Source: a virus. Taken from it: a stretch of DNA of 64,000 nt. Numbering within the stretch: the stretch's first letter is position 1; each line of letters opens with the position of its first letter. A program made the position numbers and the translations under genes. The stretch is from positions 1 through 64,000 of IMG/VR virus record IMGVR_UViG_3300036820_000010. One strand, written 5' to 3'. The notes beneath the pieces are model-generated. The model did no database searches and was not told the origin of the DNA. It saw nothing but the letters and a program-made list of their open reading frames with translations. Shown in pieces: positions 1 to 7,640 of the stretch.

Positions 1-329
1 GTACGGTCTGGTCCGGCTTGTCGGTACGGTCTGGTGTGGATTGTCGGACAGGTCTGGTCTGGATAGTCGGAGAGGTTTGGGAGGGCGAGGTATGTCAGAT
101 GAGGTCTAGAATGGATTGTCGGGGAGATCTGGCGAGGATTGTCGGTGAGGTATGGGCTGTCGGACAGGCTTGGATTGTCGAGAGGGGAGGTGAGGCTTGT
201 CGGGAGGTCTGGGCTGGAAGGTCGGGGAGGCATGGATTGTCAGAAAGGTTCTAGACAGGCTTGTCGGTGCGGCTTGGATTGTCGGTGGGGTATGGAGTGT
301 CGGTGAGGTCTGGATTGTCAGAAAGGCAG
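1..329. repeat. Array of ~55 GG-NNN pentamers grouped 3-5 per unit and separated by GTC; candidate guide-RNA array for the adjacent Cas7-like protein; runs off the left edge
   Basis: GTC separators start at 20,43,66,94,118,141,159,177,199,221,239,263,281,299,317. Unit lengths are mostly 5n+3 (18, 23, 28). Example: ggtac ggtct ggtgt ggatt gtc. Confidence 0.9.
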
Positions 330-343
330 ACTCTTCTTTGTCT

Positions 344-985
344 TCAGTCCCCGATCGGCTCGAACCTCTCTAAAGAATAAGTCCCTGAACCCTGAGAACG
401 GTCGGCACCGATACCGTTGTCCTGTAGGTACTCAAGAATAGTCTTGAGTTGAGACTCCTGGATGACTCCATCGTTGAGGACCCGAATGCGGAAGGAGATA
501 GGAACCTCCAGGGCGTACTCTACACGCTTGATCGAGGTCCGAGGCCCCTGCATCGTCATCACCTGGATAGGACGCTCTTCAACGTGAAAGAAATCCTCAG
601 GGTGGTGGGCCTCTCCGCACCGACACCTGATCTCGCAACCCCCAATACGAGGATCAACGAATACCCTCTCGGCCAGACGAGCACGGAAGTTCTTGACGTC
701 CAGCATTCCCTTGAGGATGTTGGCCCCCTCCTTCAAGGCTGCCTTGAAGGCTCGAGACTCATAGTGAGCAACCAGGTTGCGGTCTCGCCAAAAGACAACC
801 ATGTGGGTCTCTTCGAGATCGATCTCGGCCAGACGCTCGAGTTGAACCTTGGCTGCATCGAGGGCTTCCTTGGGCGCCTTCTTGGACGAAAGCCAAGACT
901 CGATCAACCTAGGATTAGCCGGGAAACCCCCGGTCAACCTAGTGGCCGTGAGTTCTACCTGATACGAATTCCACATGTTGGGCAA
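344..985 (-). CDS. Solo Cas7/Csm3-like RAMP superfamily protein
   Basis: N-terminal strand YQVELTATRLTGG, helix ESRAFKAALKE (like RAMP GSSxKGxxR) and C-terminal Gly-rich loop GIGADRSQGSG. SD AGGAGGAG (993-1000) lies 7 nt before TTG at 985; ATG at 976 is the alternative start. Confidence 0.8.
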   Translation of the reverse strand: MPNMWNSYQVELTATRLTGGFPANPRLIESWLSSKKAPKEALDAAKVQLERLAEIDLEETHMVVFWRDRNLVAHYESRAFKAALKEGANILKGMLDVKNFRARLAERVFVDPRIGGCEIRCRCGEAHHPEDFFHVEERPIQVMTMQGPRTSIKRVEYALEVPISFRIRVLNDGVIQESQLKTILEYLQDNGIGADRSQGSGTYSLERFEPIGD

Positions 986-998
986 TACTAAACTCCTC

Positions 999-1049
999 CT
1001 ACTGATTGATCTGGGGTCGTGTTCCCATGAATATAGTATAACACAGGAA
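999..1049 (-). promoter_or_regulatory. Extended -10 promoter (TGtTATACT) with a leaderless 9-aa uORF MGTRPQINQ whose stop overlaps the SD of the Cas7-like gene
   Basis: TATACT at 1040-1035, ATG at 1028, TAG at 1001-999. A 28-nt block is identical to 4016-4043. Confidence 0.6.
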
Positions 1050-1210
1050 CAGTTTCCTGCACGCCCAGAGAGGAAACGAGGGAGGAGTTTTCTCAACGGT
1101 TAGAAAACACTCGGGGGCCTATATGATTATTGAATACTGACTCAAGTCCAACTATCCGTAAAAGAAATCCACATCTAAGTCAGCATGATCCATAATAAGG
1201 AGAACTCCTG

Positions 1211-2128
1211 ATGGAAACTTACAAATTTCACCCTGCAGCCAACCTTTTCCCGATGATGGATGAAACCCTTACCGAGGAACTTACTGAATCTATCAGGGAC
1301 CAAGGCTATGACGAAACCGAACCCCTCAAGATTTACCAGGGTCAAATCTTGGACGGACGAAATAGGTATCTGGTATGCCAAGCATTGGACATCGAGCCCA
1401 AAGTTGTCGAGTGGGTAGGGAGTGACCCCTGGCATGCCGTGATCCGCTGGAACATGACCAGAAGAGACTTGACCCTGGACCAAAAGACTGCCATTGCTGC
1501 CCAAGCCGCGCCCAAACTTCTAGAAGAAGCAAGGCGGAGGCAAGGAGATAGCCTCCCCCGAGAAGGACAAAGAGGCTTTCAACCCAATGTGCAACAGGAT
1601 CCTGTTGCACATTCTAAGAACCCTACTCGAGATGAACTAGCCAAGACCTTCAACATCAGCACCCACCAAGCAACTCAAGCCATGAAGTTAGCCGACCGGG
1701 AGGAGGATACTGAAGAATCAAGAGAAATCAAAGCCTCCCTAAGAGAAGAAGTCAGGTCGGGAACTAAGAAGGCAGTTGATGCTGTCAAGATACTGACCCC
1801 ACCTACTCCCAGGACTACCCCTGAAGTTCCTGAGTACACGATGAGGGGCCAAGGTTGGAGTTTGTCTACTCCGACTTTGGACACTTCTGGAGTCTGGAAG
1901 TTGATCAGGGATGTAGAACACTCTGTAGAAAGACTCAAGTACTCAGACCAAAGAGACCCCAGGAGAGAAGTTCTTCCCCAAGAGATCCTGGACAAACTTT
2001 TGAGTCTTCTGGACCAGAACGACTTGAGGTCAGAAATCAGTTCCCTGCAGCGTGAAGTAACTTACTTGGAAGACCTCCTCCAGGTCATGAAACAACCAAA
2101 TCGTATGAGGATTTTGAGGAATGGCTAA
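1211..2128 (+). CDS. ParB-like N-terminal domain protein
   Basis: HPAANLFPMM..LTESIRDQG..EPL..ILDGRNR..NMTRRDLT pattern of phage ParB/Srx-domain proteins; SD AAGGAG. Confidence 0.75.
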   Translation: METYKFHPAANLFPMMDETLTEELTESIRDQGYDETEPLKIYQGQILDGRNRYLVCQALDIEPKVVEWVGSDPWHAVIRWNMTRRDLTLDQKTAIAAQAAPKLLEEARRRQGDSLPREGQRGFQPNVQQDPVAHSKNPTRDELAKTFNISTHQATQAMKLADREEDTEESREIKASLREEVRSGTKKAVDAVKILTPPTPRTTPEVPEYTMRGQGWSLSTPTLDTSGVWKLIRDVEHSVERLKYSDQRDPRREVLPQEILDKLLSLLDQNDLRSEISSLQREVTYLEDLLQVMKQPNRMRILRNG

Positions 2129-2597
2129 AAGACTAGGATCACCTACTATAAACCGCCTAGTAAACGAGAAGTTCCAAGCCGATGACTCCTGGCAAACAGA
2201 TGTCTTAATCCGAGAAGCCTTCTTCGAACCTGACTTCCCGCTGACCTGGAAAGAATTCAAGGCTCTTCCTAAGGCAGTCCAAGGTTGGTGCCTAGCAGGC
2301 TTAAATTACCTGCACTCAGGGGCAGTAGGCAAGTACAAGGATGAAAAGGGGCATCGAATCCTGTATTCTATCCCCTTGGCTAAAGGAATAGGGTCTAAGG
2401 GGGGCTTCTACAAGAACATCGACCTTGCTACTGAGAAGGAACTAGAGAAAGTAGCAGAAAAGTTTGGGAACGCACTAATATTCTTCGGGAAGAAAGAAGA
2501 ACCCCTGTCCAAAATGTACAAGGAACTCAAGGAGGCTAAAGAACAGGGACTACCCGTGTCCAACCTGCGAGAACTTCGTAAGTTGAGGATCGCCTAA
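2121..2597 (+). CDS. Hypothetical protein
   Basis: SD GAGGA, overlaps the upstream gene. Confidence 0.7.
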   Translation: MAKRLGSPTINRLVNEKFQADDSWQTDVLIREAFFEPDFPLTWKEFKALPKAVQGWCLAGLNYLHSGAVGKYKDEKGHRILYSIPLAKGIGSKGGFYKNIDLATEKELEKVAEKFGNALIFFGKKEEPLSKMYKELKEAKEQGLPVSNLRELRKLRIA

Positions 2598-2598
2598 G

Positions 2599-2820
2599 GT
2601 GCCTAAGATGAACTACGAACTCGACGAAGACCTTCTCGACAAGGACTCTACCTTGATCAGAGCAAAGTGGACAATGGACGGAGCGAAGACTCTTCACGAG
2701 GCAGCCAAGAACCTCAGGCAAGCAGCAGACAACCTCGAAAAACTAAAGAAGGAGGGTTGGGAACTAATCTCTCCGGTTGAGGATGACTACGGACACATCA
2801 GGAGAGACCCCAAACCTTAG
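2599..2820 (+). CDS. Hypothetical protein
   Basis: Tightly packed in the operon. Confidence 0.65.
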   Translation: MPKMNYELDEDLLDKDSTLIRAKWTMDGAKTLHEAAKNLRQAADNLEKLKKEGWELISPVEDDYGHIRRDPKP

Positions 2821-2823
2821 GCC

Positions 2824-2860
2824 TTGTACCCGGAACTCAAATCTCCTATAATCATAGTTG
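2824..2860 (+). promoter_or_regulatory. Sigma70-type promoter with a leaderless GTG start
   Basis: TTGTAC(2824)-17 nt-TATAAT(2847)-7 nt-GTG(2860). Confidence 0.6.
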
Positions 2861-2922
2861 TGAGTAGTGAACACGAGATAGACCCGAATCCCCCCCTAAT
2901 CTACAAGACAATCCACTAAGAA

Positions 2923-3015
2923 GTGAAATTCACCTGCCTCGTAATCATTTTTGAACTCGGGATCATCATCGGGATCCTATCCGGAATCAGTATTCAGTTA
3001 GCAAGAAAGGGATAA
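2923..3015 (+). CDS. Small membrane protein (30 aa)
   Basis: Translated by hand: MKFTCLVIIFELGIIIGILSGISIQLARKG. Confidence 0.45.
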   Translation: MKFTCLVIIFELGIIIGILSGISIQLARKG

Positions 3016-3020
3016 AGTTA

Positions 3021-3149
3021 GTGTTTCTAGCCATAGTTCACGACGGATTCTCGGGCGGCGTCTCTTGGGGTTGGAGTGGAAACGCTGCGGTCGCCGCAGG
3101 TCTACTCGGACTCTGGGCGCTGTACAACATCGTCGGGGTATTCGGGTAG
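3021..3149 (+). CDS. Small membrane protein (42 aa)
   Basis: Translated by hand: MFLAIVHDGFSGGVSWGWSGNAAVAAGLLGLWALYNIVGVFG; AAAGGGA upstream. Confidence 0.45.
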   Translation: MFLAIVHDGFSGGVSWGWSGNAAVAAGLLGLWALYNIVGVFG

Positions 3150-3258
3150 AAAACAAGTTCTACTCTCGACACCGAGACAGAGGCTACCCGTGGGGTGATG
3201 CTAAGGAGGTGATGCAGAAGTGAACTTTGACTACGTCAACTAGCCCCTAGGCAACAGA

Positions 3259-3288
3259 AAAGGCGCTCAACGGAGCGCCTTTGTTTTT
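3259..3288 (+). terminator. Intrinsic terminator between convergent operons
   Basis: AAAGGCGCTC-AACG-GAGCGCCTTT followed by GTTTTT. Confidence 0.75.
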
Positions 3289-3366
3289 GGTTAGACTTGA
3301 CTTCGCTGGTTGAGTAGGGTGAGCCGTCCGGGTACCCGCCTCGGCCCCTACTCAATCAGGTTCACG

Positions 3367-3606
3367 TTAGTAGACCCTCCTCTTGTACTCTCTCCAGGCC
3401 TTGCGACACCTCTCGCAGTGACAGCGATGGTTGGTGTATCCCCCGATCGTTCCGTGATAGTCGAATGGTTGTCGAGGATGCAGTTTGCCTGCCTTGCGTC
3501 GCCACCCTCGCATGTAGGTAGCGTGAGCTGTCTTGCAGGGAGAGCATTTGCACCCGCACATGTAGCGGGCGTTAGTTCCATGGTCTGCAGTCGAGGGTCT
3601 AGGCAT
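3367..3606 (-). CDS. Small Cys-rich protein with two HGT..Y..CxCxxC repeats
   Basis: HGTNARYMCGCKCSPC and HGTIGGYTNHRCHCERC. Confidence 0.65.
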   Translation of the reverse strand: MPRPSTADHGTNARYMCGCKCSPCKTAHATYMRGWRRKAGKLHPRQPFDYHGTIGGYTNHRCHCERCRKAWREYKRRVY

Positions 3607-4022
3607 TAGATCTTCTTGCCTTGGCTCGAGTTCAACTCCCTCTGCTTCTCGAGCATGCGTTCCTTCTCGTCGTTGAGTTTCTGTTCATCGATCCGGAAGT
3701 ATTCGGCCAGGATACTAGTCGTCTTGAGGAGAGACTCGAAGTAGTAAGGCCCGTAGACCGTCGAGGGCGGTTGCGGAATCCCAAGGGCTATCTCGACACC
3801 CAGTTGCTCAGTCGACTTCTCAGGAGTGCACTTTGGGCAAGTCTTTGCCGTCAGAGGCAGAAGAGTCTCGCAACCAGAACAGGTATTCGACCACTCACAG
3901 ATGGAGTACCTGGACTTCAACCACTCTAAAAAATCTCCAGCCTCGTTGGGTAGACTCCCCAACGCCTTGAGTTTAGCGTGTTCCGGGTACTCTTCCTTGG
4001 TGTCCGTCTTGGTGTTTCCCAT
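3606..4022 (-). CDS. Zinc-ribbon-containing hypothetical protein, leaderless
   Basis: CSGC..CPKC; ATG 6 nt after TATACT (4034-4029). Confidence 0.7.
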   Translation of the reverse strand: MGNTKTDTKEEYPEHAKLKALGSLPNEAGDFLEWLKSRYSICEWSNTCSGCETLLPLTAKTCPKCTPEKSTEQLGVEIALGIPQPPSTVYGPYYFESLLKTTSILAEYFRIDEQKLNDEKERMLEKQRELNSSQGKKI

Positions 4023-4087
4023 GAATATAGTATAACACAGGAAAAAGTTCTTCGCGTGATCGAGTCTTTTCCTGTATAATCATAGAC
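4016..4087. promoter_or_regulatory. Divergent leaderless promoters
   Basis: Minus strand TGtTATACT-6 nt-ATG(4022); plus strand TATAAT(4075-4080)-7 nt-ATG(4088). Confidence 0.65.
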
Positions 4088-4510
4088 ATGGGAACACCTA
4101 CCCAACTTGGAAAGGCAGACTTGATCCCGGACTACGTCCTGCGCCGGATTAGACCCGACAACAGGGTCCAAGCCTTGATCGAGTTCATGGCCAAGGCCGC
4201 CTGGAGGCCGAAATCCGGACCTATCGTCTTCCCATCCAAGATCGCGGCCATCAAGGCAGTCAGGGAATGGACGGGCAAGAACGATACCACAGGTGCTTAC
4301 GATCTCAAGGAGGCGAGAAACTTCGTCGAGAAGCATTGGGCACGAGTCGAGGCAGGTTTGGGTCGAGATGTCCATACCGGGTCTTCCTGGAGTCTACCCG
4401 GAAGATCTCATCTGGGAGTACAGAGAAAACCAGGACAAATCCTCAGGCTTGGTCTTGAGTACTCCCTTCGAGGGGCCTCACTTGACCATATCGGAGAGGA
4501 TTCCTGCTGA
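4088..4510 (+). CDS. IPDY-motif protein with a ribosomal L7/L12 C-terminal-like segment
   Basis: LIPDYVLRR near the N-terminus; KIAAIKAVREWTG..DLKEARNFVE. Confidence 0.6.
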   Translation: MGTPTQLGKADLIPDYVLRRIRPDNRVQALIEFMAKAAWRPKSGPIVFPSKIAAIKAVREWTGKNDTTGAYDLKEARNFVEKHWARVEAGLGRDVHTGSSWSLPGRSHLGVQRKPGQILRLGLEYSLRGASLDHIGEDSC

Positions 4511-4610
4511 CCTAGTCATCAAGATGAAAGAAGACCTTCGATTCGCTAAATTGGCCTTGATGCAGAGGGTACGCCTTCTCTTGTATCGGTTGACCTATGT
4601 TGACCTATGA
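4368..4610 (+). CDS. Hypothetical protein (MSIPG start)
   Basis: Stop overlaps the next gene (ATGA at 4607); overlaps the previous ORF by ~140 nt. Confidence 0.45.
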   Translation: MSIPGLPGVYPEDLIWEYRENQDKSSGLVLSTPFEGPHLTISERIPADLVIKMKEDLRFAKLALMQRVRLLLYRLTYVDL

Positions 4611-4858
4611 TCCCTGATTACATCCTCAACGCCAACCAAGACCAAGACCAAGTCCCGAATCCCCCAGAAACCGAAGAAGGCGACTGGTGGGCCTGGTACC
4701 GCAGGTCCCGCCATACTAGGGTATGGACCCTCATCGGGGTCTACTCTTCTGAGTTAGTAGCTCAGGGAGCAGTCAAAACTTACCTCGACACCACCAGGGA
4801 CCCTTCCCAGTACTCTATCCGCGTCCTCAAGGCGGGAGTCAGGCCCAATGATTCCTGA
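4607..4858 (+). CDS. IPDY-motif small protein
   Basis: Starts MIPDYILN. Confidence 0.75.
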   Translation: MIPDYILNANQDQDQVPNPPETEEGDWWAWYRRSRHTRVWTLIGVYSSELVAQGAVKTYLDTTRDPSQYSIRVLKAGVRPNDS

Positions 4859-5171
4859 CTACATCCTCAACTCGAGTTCTAAGAATACCCCCTGCACGGA
4901 CTCACATCACTTAGAGAATCACCCGGACACTGTCTTCGTGGGTGCCAGACTCCACTCATTCCAGGCCCAATTTCCTGAAGTCGACCATGCCGTCCTATTC
5001 ACCTGCTCTAACTGCAAGTACGCGAGACGAATAATCTACAACCACCTGAGAGAAACCCTCTACTGCGAGATCTACACTTGGCATTTGGGGCCCAAACCCA
5101 GATGGGTTTGGGCAGTCGTCAAAGATACACTCCACATCTCAAAGGCCAAGGCAGTGAGGATCCCTGAGTAA
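4848..5171 (+). CDS. IPDY-motif Cys/His protein, paralog of 5176-5502
   Basis: MIPDYILN; EVDHAVLFTCSNCKY. Confidence 0.75.
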   Translation: MIPDYILNSSSKNTPCTDSHHLENHPDTVFVGARLHSFQAQFPEVDHAVLFTCSNCKYARRIIYNHLRETLYCEIYTWHLGPKPRWVWAVVKDTLHISKAKAVRIPE

Positions 5172-5175
5172 AACT

Positions 5176-5502
5176 ATGATTCCTGACTACTTGTTCCACC
5201 CCGGAGAAGAAAGCAAGGCTTGCACCATCCATTCTTTAGTCTGTCAACCTGACGCTCTACTCACTGGAAGACTCCTGCACAATCCCGAACAGAATTCTCC
5301 CCCGCATGAGGTAGATCATGCTGTCTTGTTCACTTGTCCAAACTGTAAGTACATGAAACGAGTAGTCTTTAATCCTGACGCCCAACCCCTCTACGTCGAG
5401 GAATTCACCTGGTCATTCAAACAACTCAAGTGGATCTGGGTCGTAAGCCTAGACCTCATCGCCCTGAGCAGAGAAGAGTTTAGGGGAGGGGAAAGTCCAT
5501 GA
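5176..5502 (+). CDS. IPDY-motif Cys/His protein, paralog of 4848-5171
   Basis: MIPDYLFH; EVDHAVLFTCPNCKY. Confidence 0.75.
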   Translation: MIPDYLFHPGEESKACTIHSLVCQPDALLTGRLLHNPEQNSPPHEVDHAVLFTCPNCKYMKRVVFNPDAQPLYVEEFTWSFKQLKWIWVVSLDLIALSREEFRGGESP

Positions 5503-5810
5503 CCATCCCTGGGTATGTCTTCAAGCACCAGTGTAGGTGTGCTGGCTGTGACCCAAGACTAGATCCCAATGGACCCAGGCTTGGCCCAAGGCACTTTGCG
5601 GTTCGCTTCGGGGATCATATTCTCCAGGCTTGTTTAGACGGTGAGCCGATCGTGAACTGCTATGAGTTGCACACTGACTTAGAAGTGGGTTGGCTGATCA
5701 ACCTTCCTGCTCACCGCTGTTCCAATTGTGGTCTGGGTGCGTGTTGCAGCATGGTTCAAGGCAAATTCAGTGTGGAGGCCGGGATTCCTGGTTCAGGGGT
5801 CAAGGCATGA
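5499..5810 (+). CDS. IPxY-motif Cys-rich protein
   Basis: MTIPGYVFK; CRCAGC, CSNC; ATGA overlaps at both ends. Confidence 0.7.
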   Translation: MTIPGYVFKHQCRCAGCDPRLDPNGPRLGPRHFAVRFGDHILQACLDGEPIVNCYELHTDLEVGWLINLPAHRCSNCGLGACCSMVQGKFSVEAGIPGSGVKA

Positions 5811-6310
5811 TTCCTGACTACCTGTTCAAACCTTTAGAACCCGAGGAACTTCTAGGCACTGAGTACGTCACTGAAGGCAAGACCAGAAGTCCCCAAAGGA
5901 TAAAGAAGGTAATCAATTTAGTCCCAGAACTTGGCGCTCGCCATCGAGTTGAGACAGCAGTGAGGATATTCTATTTACCTCTAGATATCAGTTGGGCAGT
6001 AGACGCCTTACTTGACTTCTCCAAAACCTGTATGTCCGAGGCAGTAGGAGTTCTGGCCAGGACTAACTTAGACCCAAGTGAGAAAGACAGGATCTATGAC
6101 CTGGCTGCAGTCGAGTACAAGGCAGCCAAGGACCTAGTTAAGGAACTAGAAACTTCAGGTTGGCCAACCAATCAGGCCGCGGACCTGCTCCTGACCCAGA
6201 TCATGCTCCGACGACTCTTGACTTGGATCCTAGATCTGATCGCGCAGACCCAAATCAGAATCCATGATGCCCACATGCCCCAGGAGGAAGCTGACAATGG
6301 AGATTCCTGA
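5807..6310 (+). CDS. IPDY-motif helical protein
   Basis: MIPDYLFK at an ATGA overlap. Confidence 0.75.
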   Translation: MIPDYLFKPLEPEELLGTEYVTEGKTRSPQRIKKVINLVPELGARHRVETAVRIFYLPLDISWAVDALLDFSKTCMSEAVGVLARTNLDPSEKDRIYDLAAVEYKAAKDLVKELETSGWPTNQAADLLLTQIMLRRLLTWILDLIAQTQIRIHDAHMPQEEADNGDS

Positions 6311-6482
6311 CTACATCTTCAAGGAATTTCTGAGAGTAGACCCTTGTACTCACCCCTTTAGAAGAACAGTAGGAGATCCTAGGAGTATTGCTCCCTGGAA
6401 GTTCCTCGTCTGTTCTCAGTGCGGGGCCCGAGTTCACTGGAGTGAGAAGGGAAAGAAGTGGGTAAAGGTCAGAAGTCTGTAA
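6297..6482 (+). CDS. IPDY-motif zinc-finger-like protein
   Basis: MEIPDYIFK; CTH..CSQC; SD AGGAGG. Confidence 0.75.
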   Translation: MEIPDYIFKEFLRVDPCTHPFRRTVGDPRSIAPWKFLVCSQCGARVHWSEKGKKWVKVRSL

Positions 6483-6745
6483 CGGTTCCTGACTATGTCT
6501 TCTGGACTAGTCTTCCCTGTGATCAGCACATCTTGGAGCAAGGCCTGACTCTAGGGATCACAGAGGTTGATTTCCTATACCTGATGGAACCGAAACTCAA
6601 AACCTTAAGGCCAACCCACTTCAAGACATCTAGGTGTACGCAGTGCGACCACAGGTTCTGGGAGTTCCTGAGGTTTGGACAAGTAATCGTCGTCCTAGAA
6701 GAAAACTGTGAAAACTTTGAACTCTTGTGGTCCATTGATTCCTGA
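6458..6745 (+). CDS. VPDY-motif zinc-finger-like protein (start uncertain)
   Basis: TVPDYVFW; CDQH..CTQC. Confidence 0.6.
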   Translation: MGKGQKSVTVPDYVFWTSLPCDQHILEQGLTLGITEVDFLYLMEPKLKTLRPTHFKTSRCTQCDHRFWEFLRFGQVIVVLEENCENFELLWSIDS

Positions 6746-6769
6746 AGTAATTCGTACTATAATCATTGC

Positions 6770-6934
6770 ATGGTACCCGAGTACGTCTTGAAGCGCAAGA
6801 AGTGCGCCCACGACGCAGTCGACTTCGTCCCTCTAACTCCGCAGTCACCTGCGCTAGATGGACAGTACCGCTGCCGGGACTGTAAAGAACTCATGGTCAT
6901 GGAACCCTCGGGCAAGTGGACCCCATATGAGTGA
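6770..6934 (+). CDS. VPEY-motif zinc-finger-like protein (54 aa, not in ORF track), leaderless
   Basis: MVPEYVLKRKKCAH..CRDC..; TATAAT at 6758-6763, 6 nt before the ATG. Confidence 0.7.
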   Translation: MVPEYVLKRKKCAHDAVDFVPLTPQSPALDGQYRCRDCKELMVMEPSGKWTPYE

Positions 6935-7145
6935 CATCCCCGACTACATCTTCCGCAAGAAGACTATTCCCCCTGACGAGTGCTCCCACCTGCGTGTCGA
7001 GCAGGAAGTAGTCAAGGCCCAAAACGGAGAGAAAAGGGTGGAGTTCATCTGCCAGGGTTGTGGGCGCCGGGTCAAACCCGGGGGATGGGTTTACCGGGAA
7101 TCTTCTGGAGTCCAGGACTACTCAAACAGGTGGGTAATCTACTGA
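6927..7145 (+). CDS. IPDY-motif zinc-finger-like protein
   Basis: MSDIPDYIFRK; CSH..CQGC. Confidence 0.75.
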   Translation: MSDIPDYIFRKKTIPPDECSHLRVEQEVVKAQNGEKRVEFICQGCGRRVKPGGWVYRESSGVQDYSNRWVIY

Positions 7146-7396
7146 TGATTCCTGACTACCTATTCAAGAAAAGGAAGGAGGAGTCCCCTCCCGACTCCTG
7201 CCCTCATCGGAGGGTCAAGAAAGTAATCTTTGTACTACCTCCTGACAAGTCAGGCAAAGAATGTGCTGCCTATGAGTACAAATGCGAGTACTGCGGGAAC
7301 TTCCTGAAGCCTAGTCTCACCGAGAACGGTTGGGAGGCCTACGATCCCGGGTATCCCCGAGGTTCTAAAGAAGTCAAAGTCGGGTTCATCCCATGA
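7145..7396 (+). CDS. IPDY-motif zinc-finger-like protein
   Basis: MIPDYLFKK; CPH..CEYC; TGATG overlap. Confidence 0.75.
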   Translation: MIPDYLFKKRKEESPPDSCPHRRVKKVIFVLPPDKSGKECAAYEYKCEYCGNFLKPSLTENGWEAYDPGYPRGSKEVKVGFIP

Positions 7397-7506
7397 TCTG
7401 GACCTTCGGGACAGGAGTCTATAACGGATTCTTAGACTCTGCTTTAGGCCTAAGCCTAGTTCTCTTAGGAGTACGTACCTGGAACAAGAAAAGAAAGAAG
7501 AAATGA
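7393..7506 (+). CDS. Small membrane protein (37 aa) with a basic tail
   Basis: MIWTFGTGVYNGFLDSALGLSLVLLGVRTWNKKRKKK; ATGA overlaps at both ends. Confidence 0.55.
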   Translation: MIWTFGTGVYNGFLDSALGLSLVLLGVRTWNKKRKKK

Positions 7507-7631
7507 TCCCTGACTACATTCTCAGAAATTCTAGGATCCCGGAATGTCTCCACCCCAAACGAGCAGTTCAAAGATACGATGGGTACTTTTTTTTGTTCCG
7601 TAAGGTAGTAAAAGGTCAACAATACCCATGA
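7503..7631 (+). CDS. IPDY-motif small protein (42 aa, not in ORF track)
   Basis: MIPDYILRNSRIPECLH.. Confidence 0.65.
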   Translation: MIPDYILRNSRIPECLHPKRAVQRYDGYFFLFRKVVKGQQYP

Positions 7632-7640
7632 AGACTCTCA

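Noticed and set aside
18-254. 78-aa plus-strand ORF across the repeat array
   Set aside because: The 5-nt period and unit lengths of 18/22/23/28 do not preserve frame; there is no RBS and the translation is low-complexity, so it is probably a by-product of the repeat.
1-329. Canonical CRISPR array
   Set aside because: No 23-47 bp identical repeats, no palindrome and no unique 30-40 bp spacers.
986-1096. N-terminal extension of the Cas7-like ORF in the ORF track
   Set aside because: It runs through the promoter and SD; the true start is 985 or 976.
7587-7594. T8 tract as a phase-variation or frameshift site
   Set aside because: Both alternative frames stop within a few codons.
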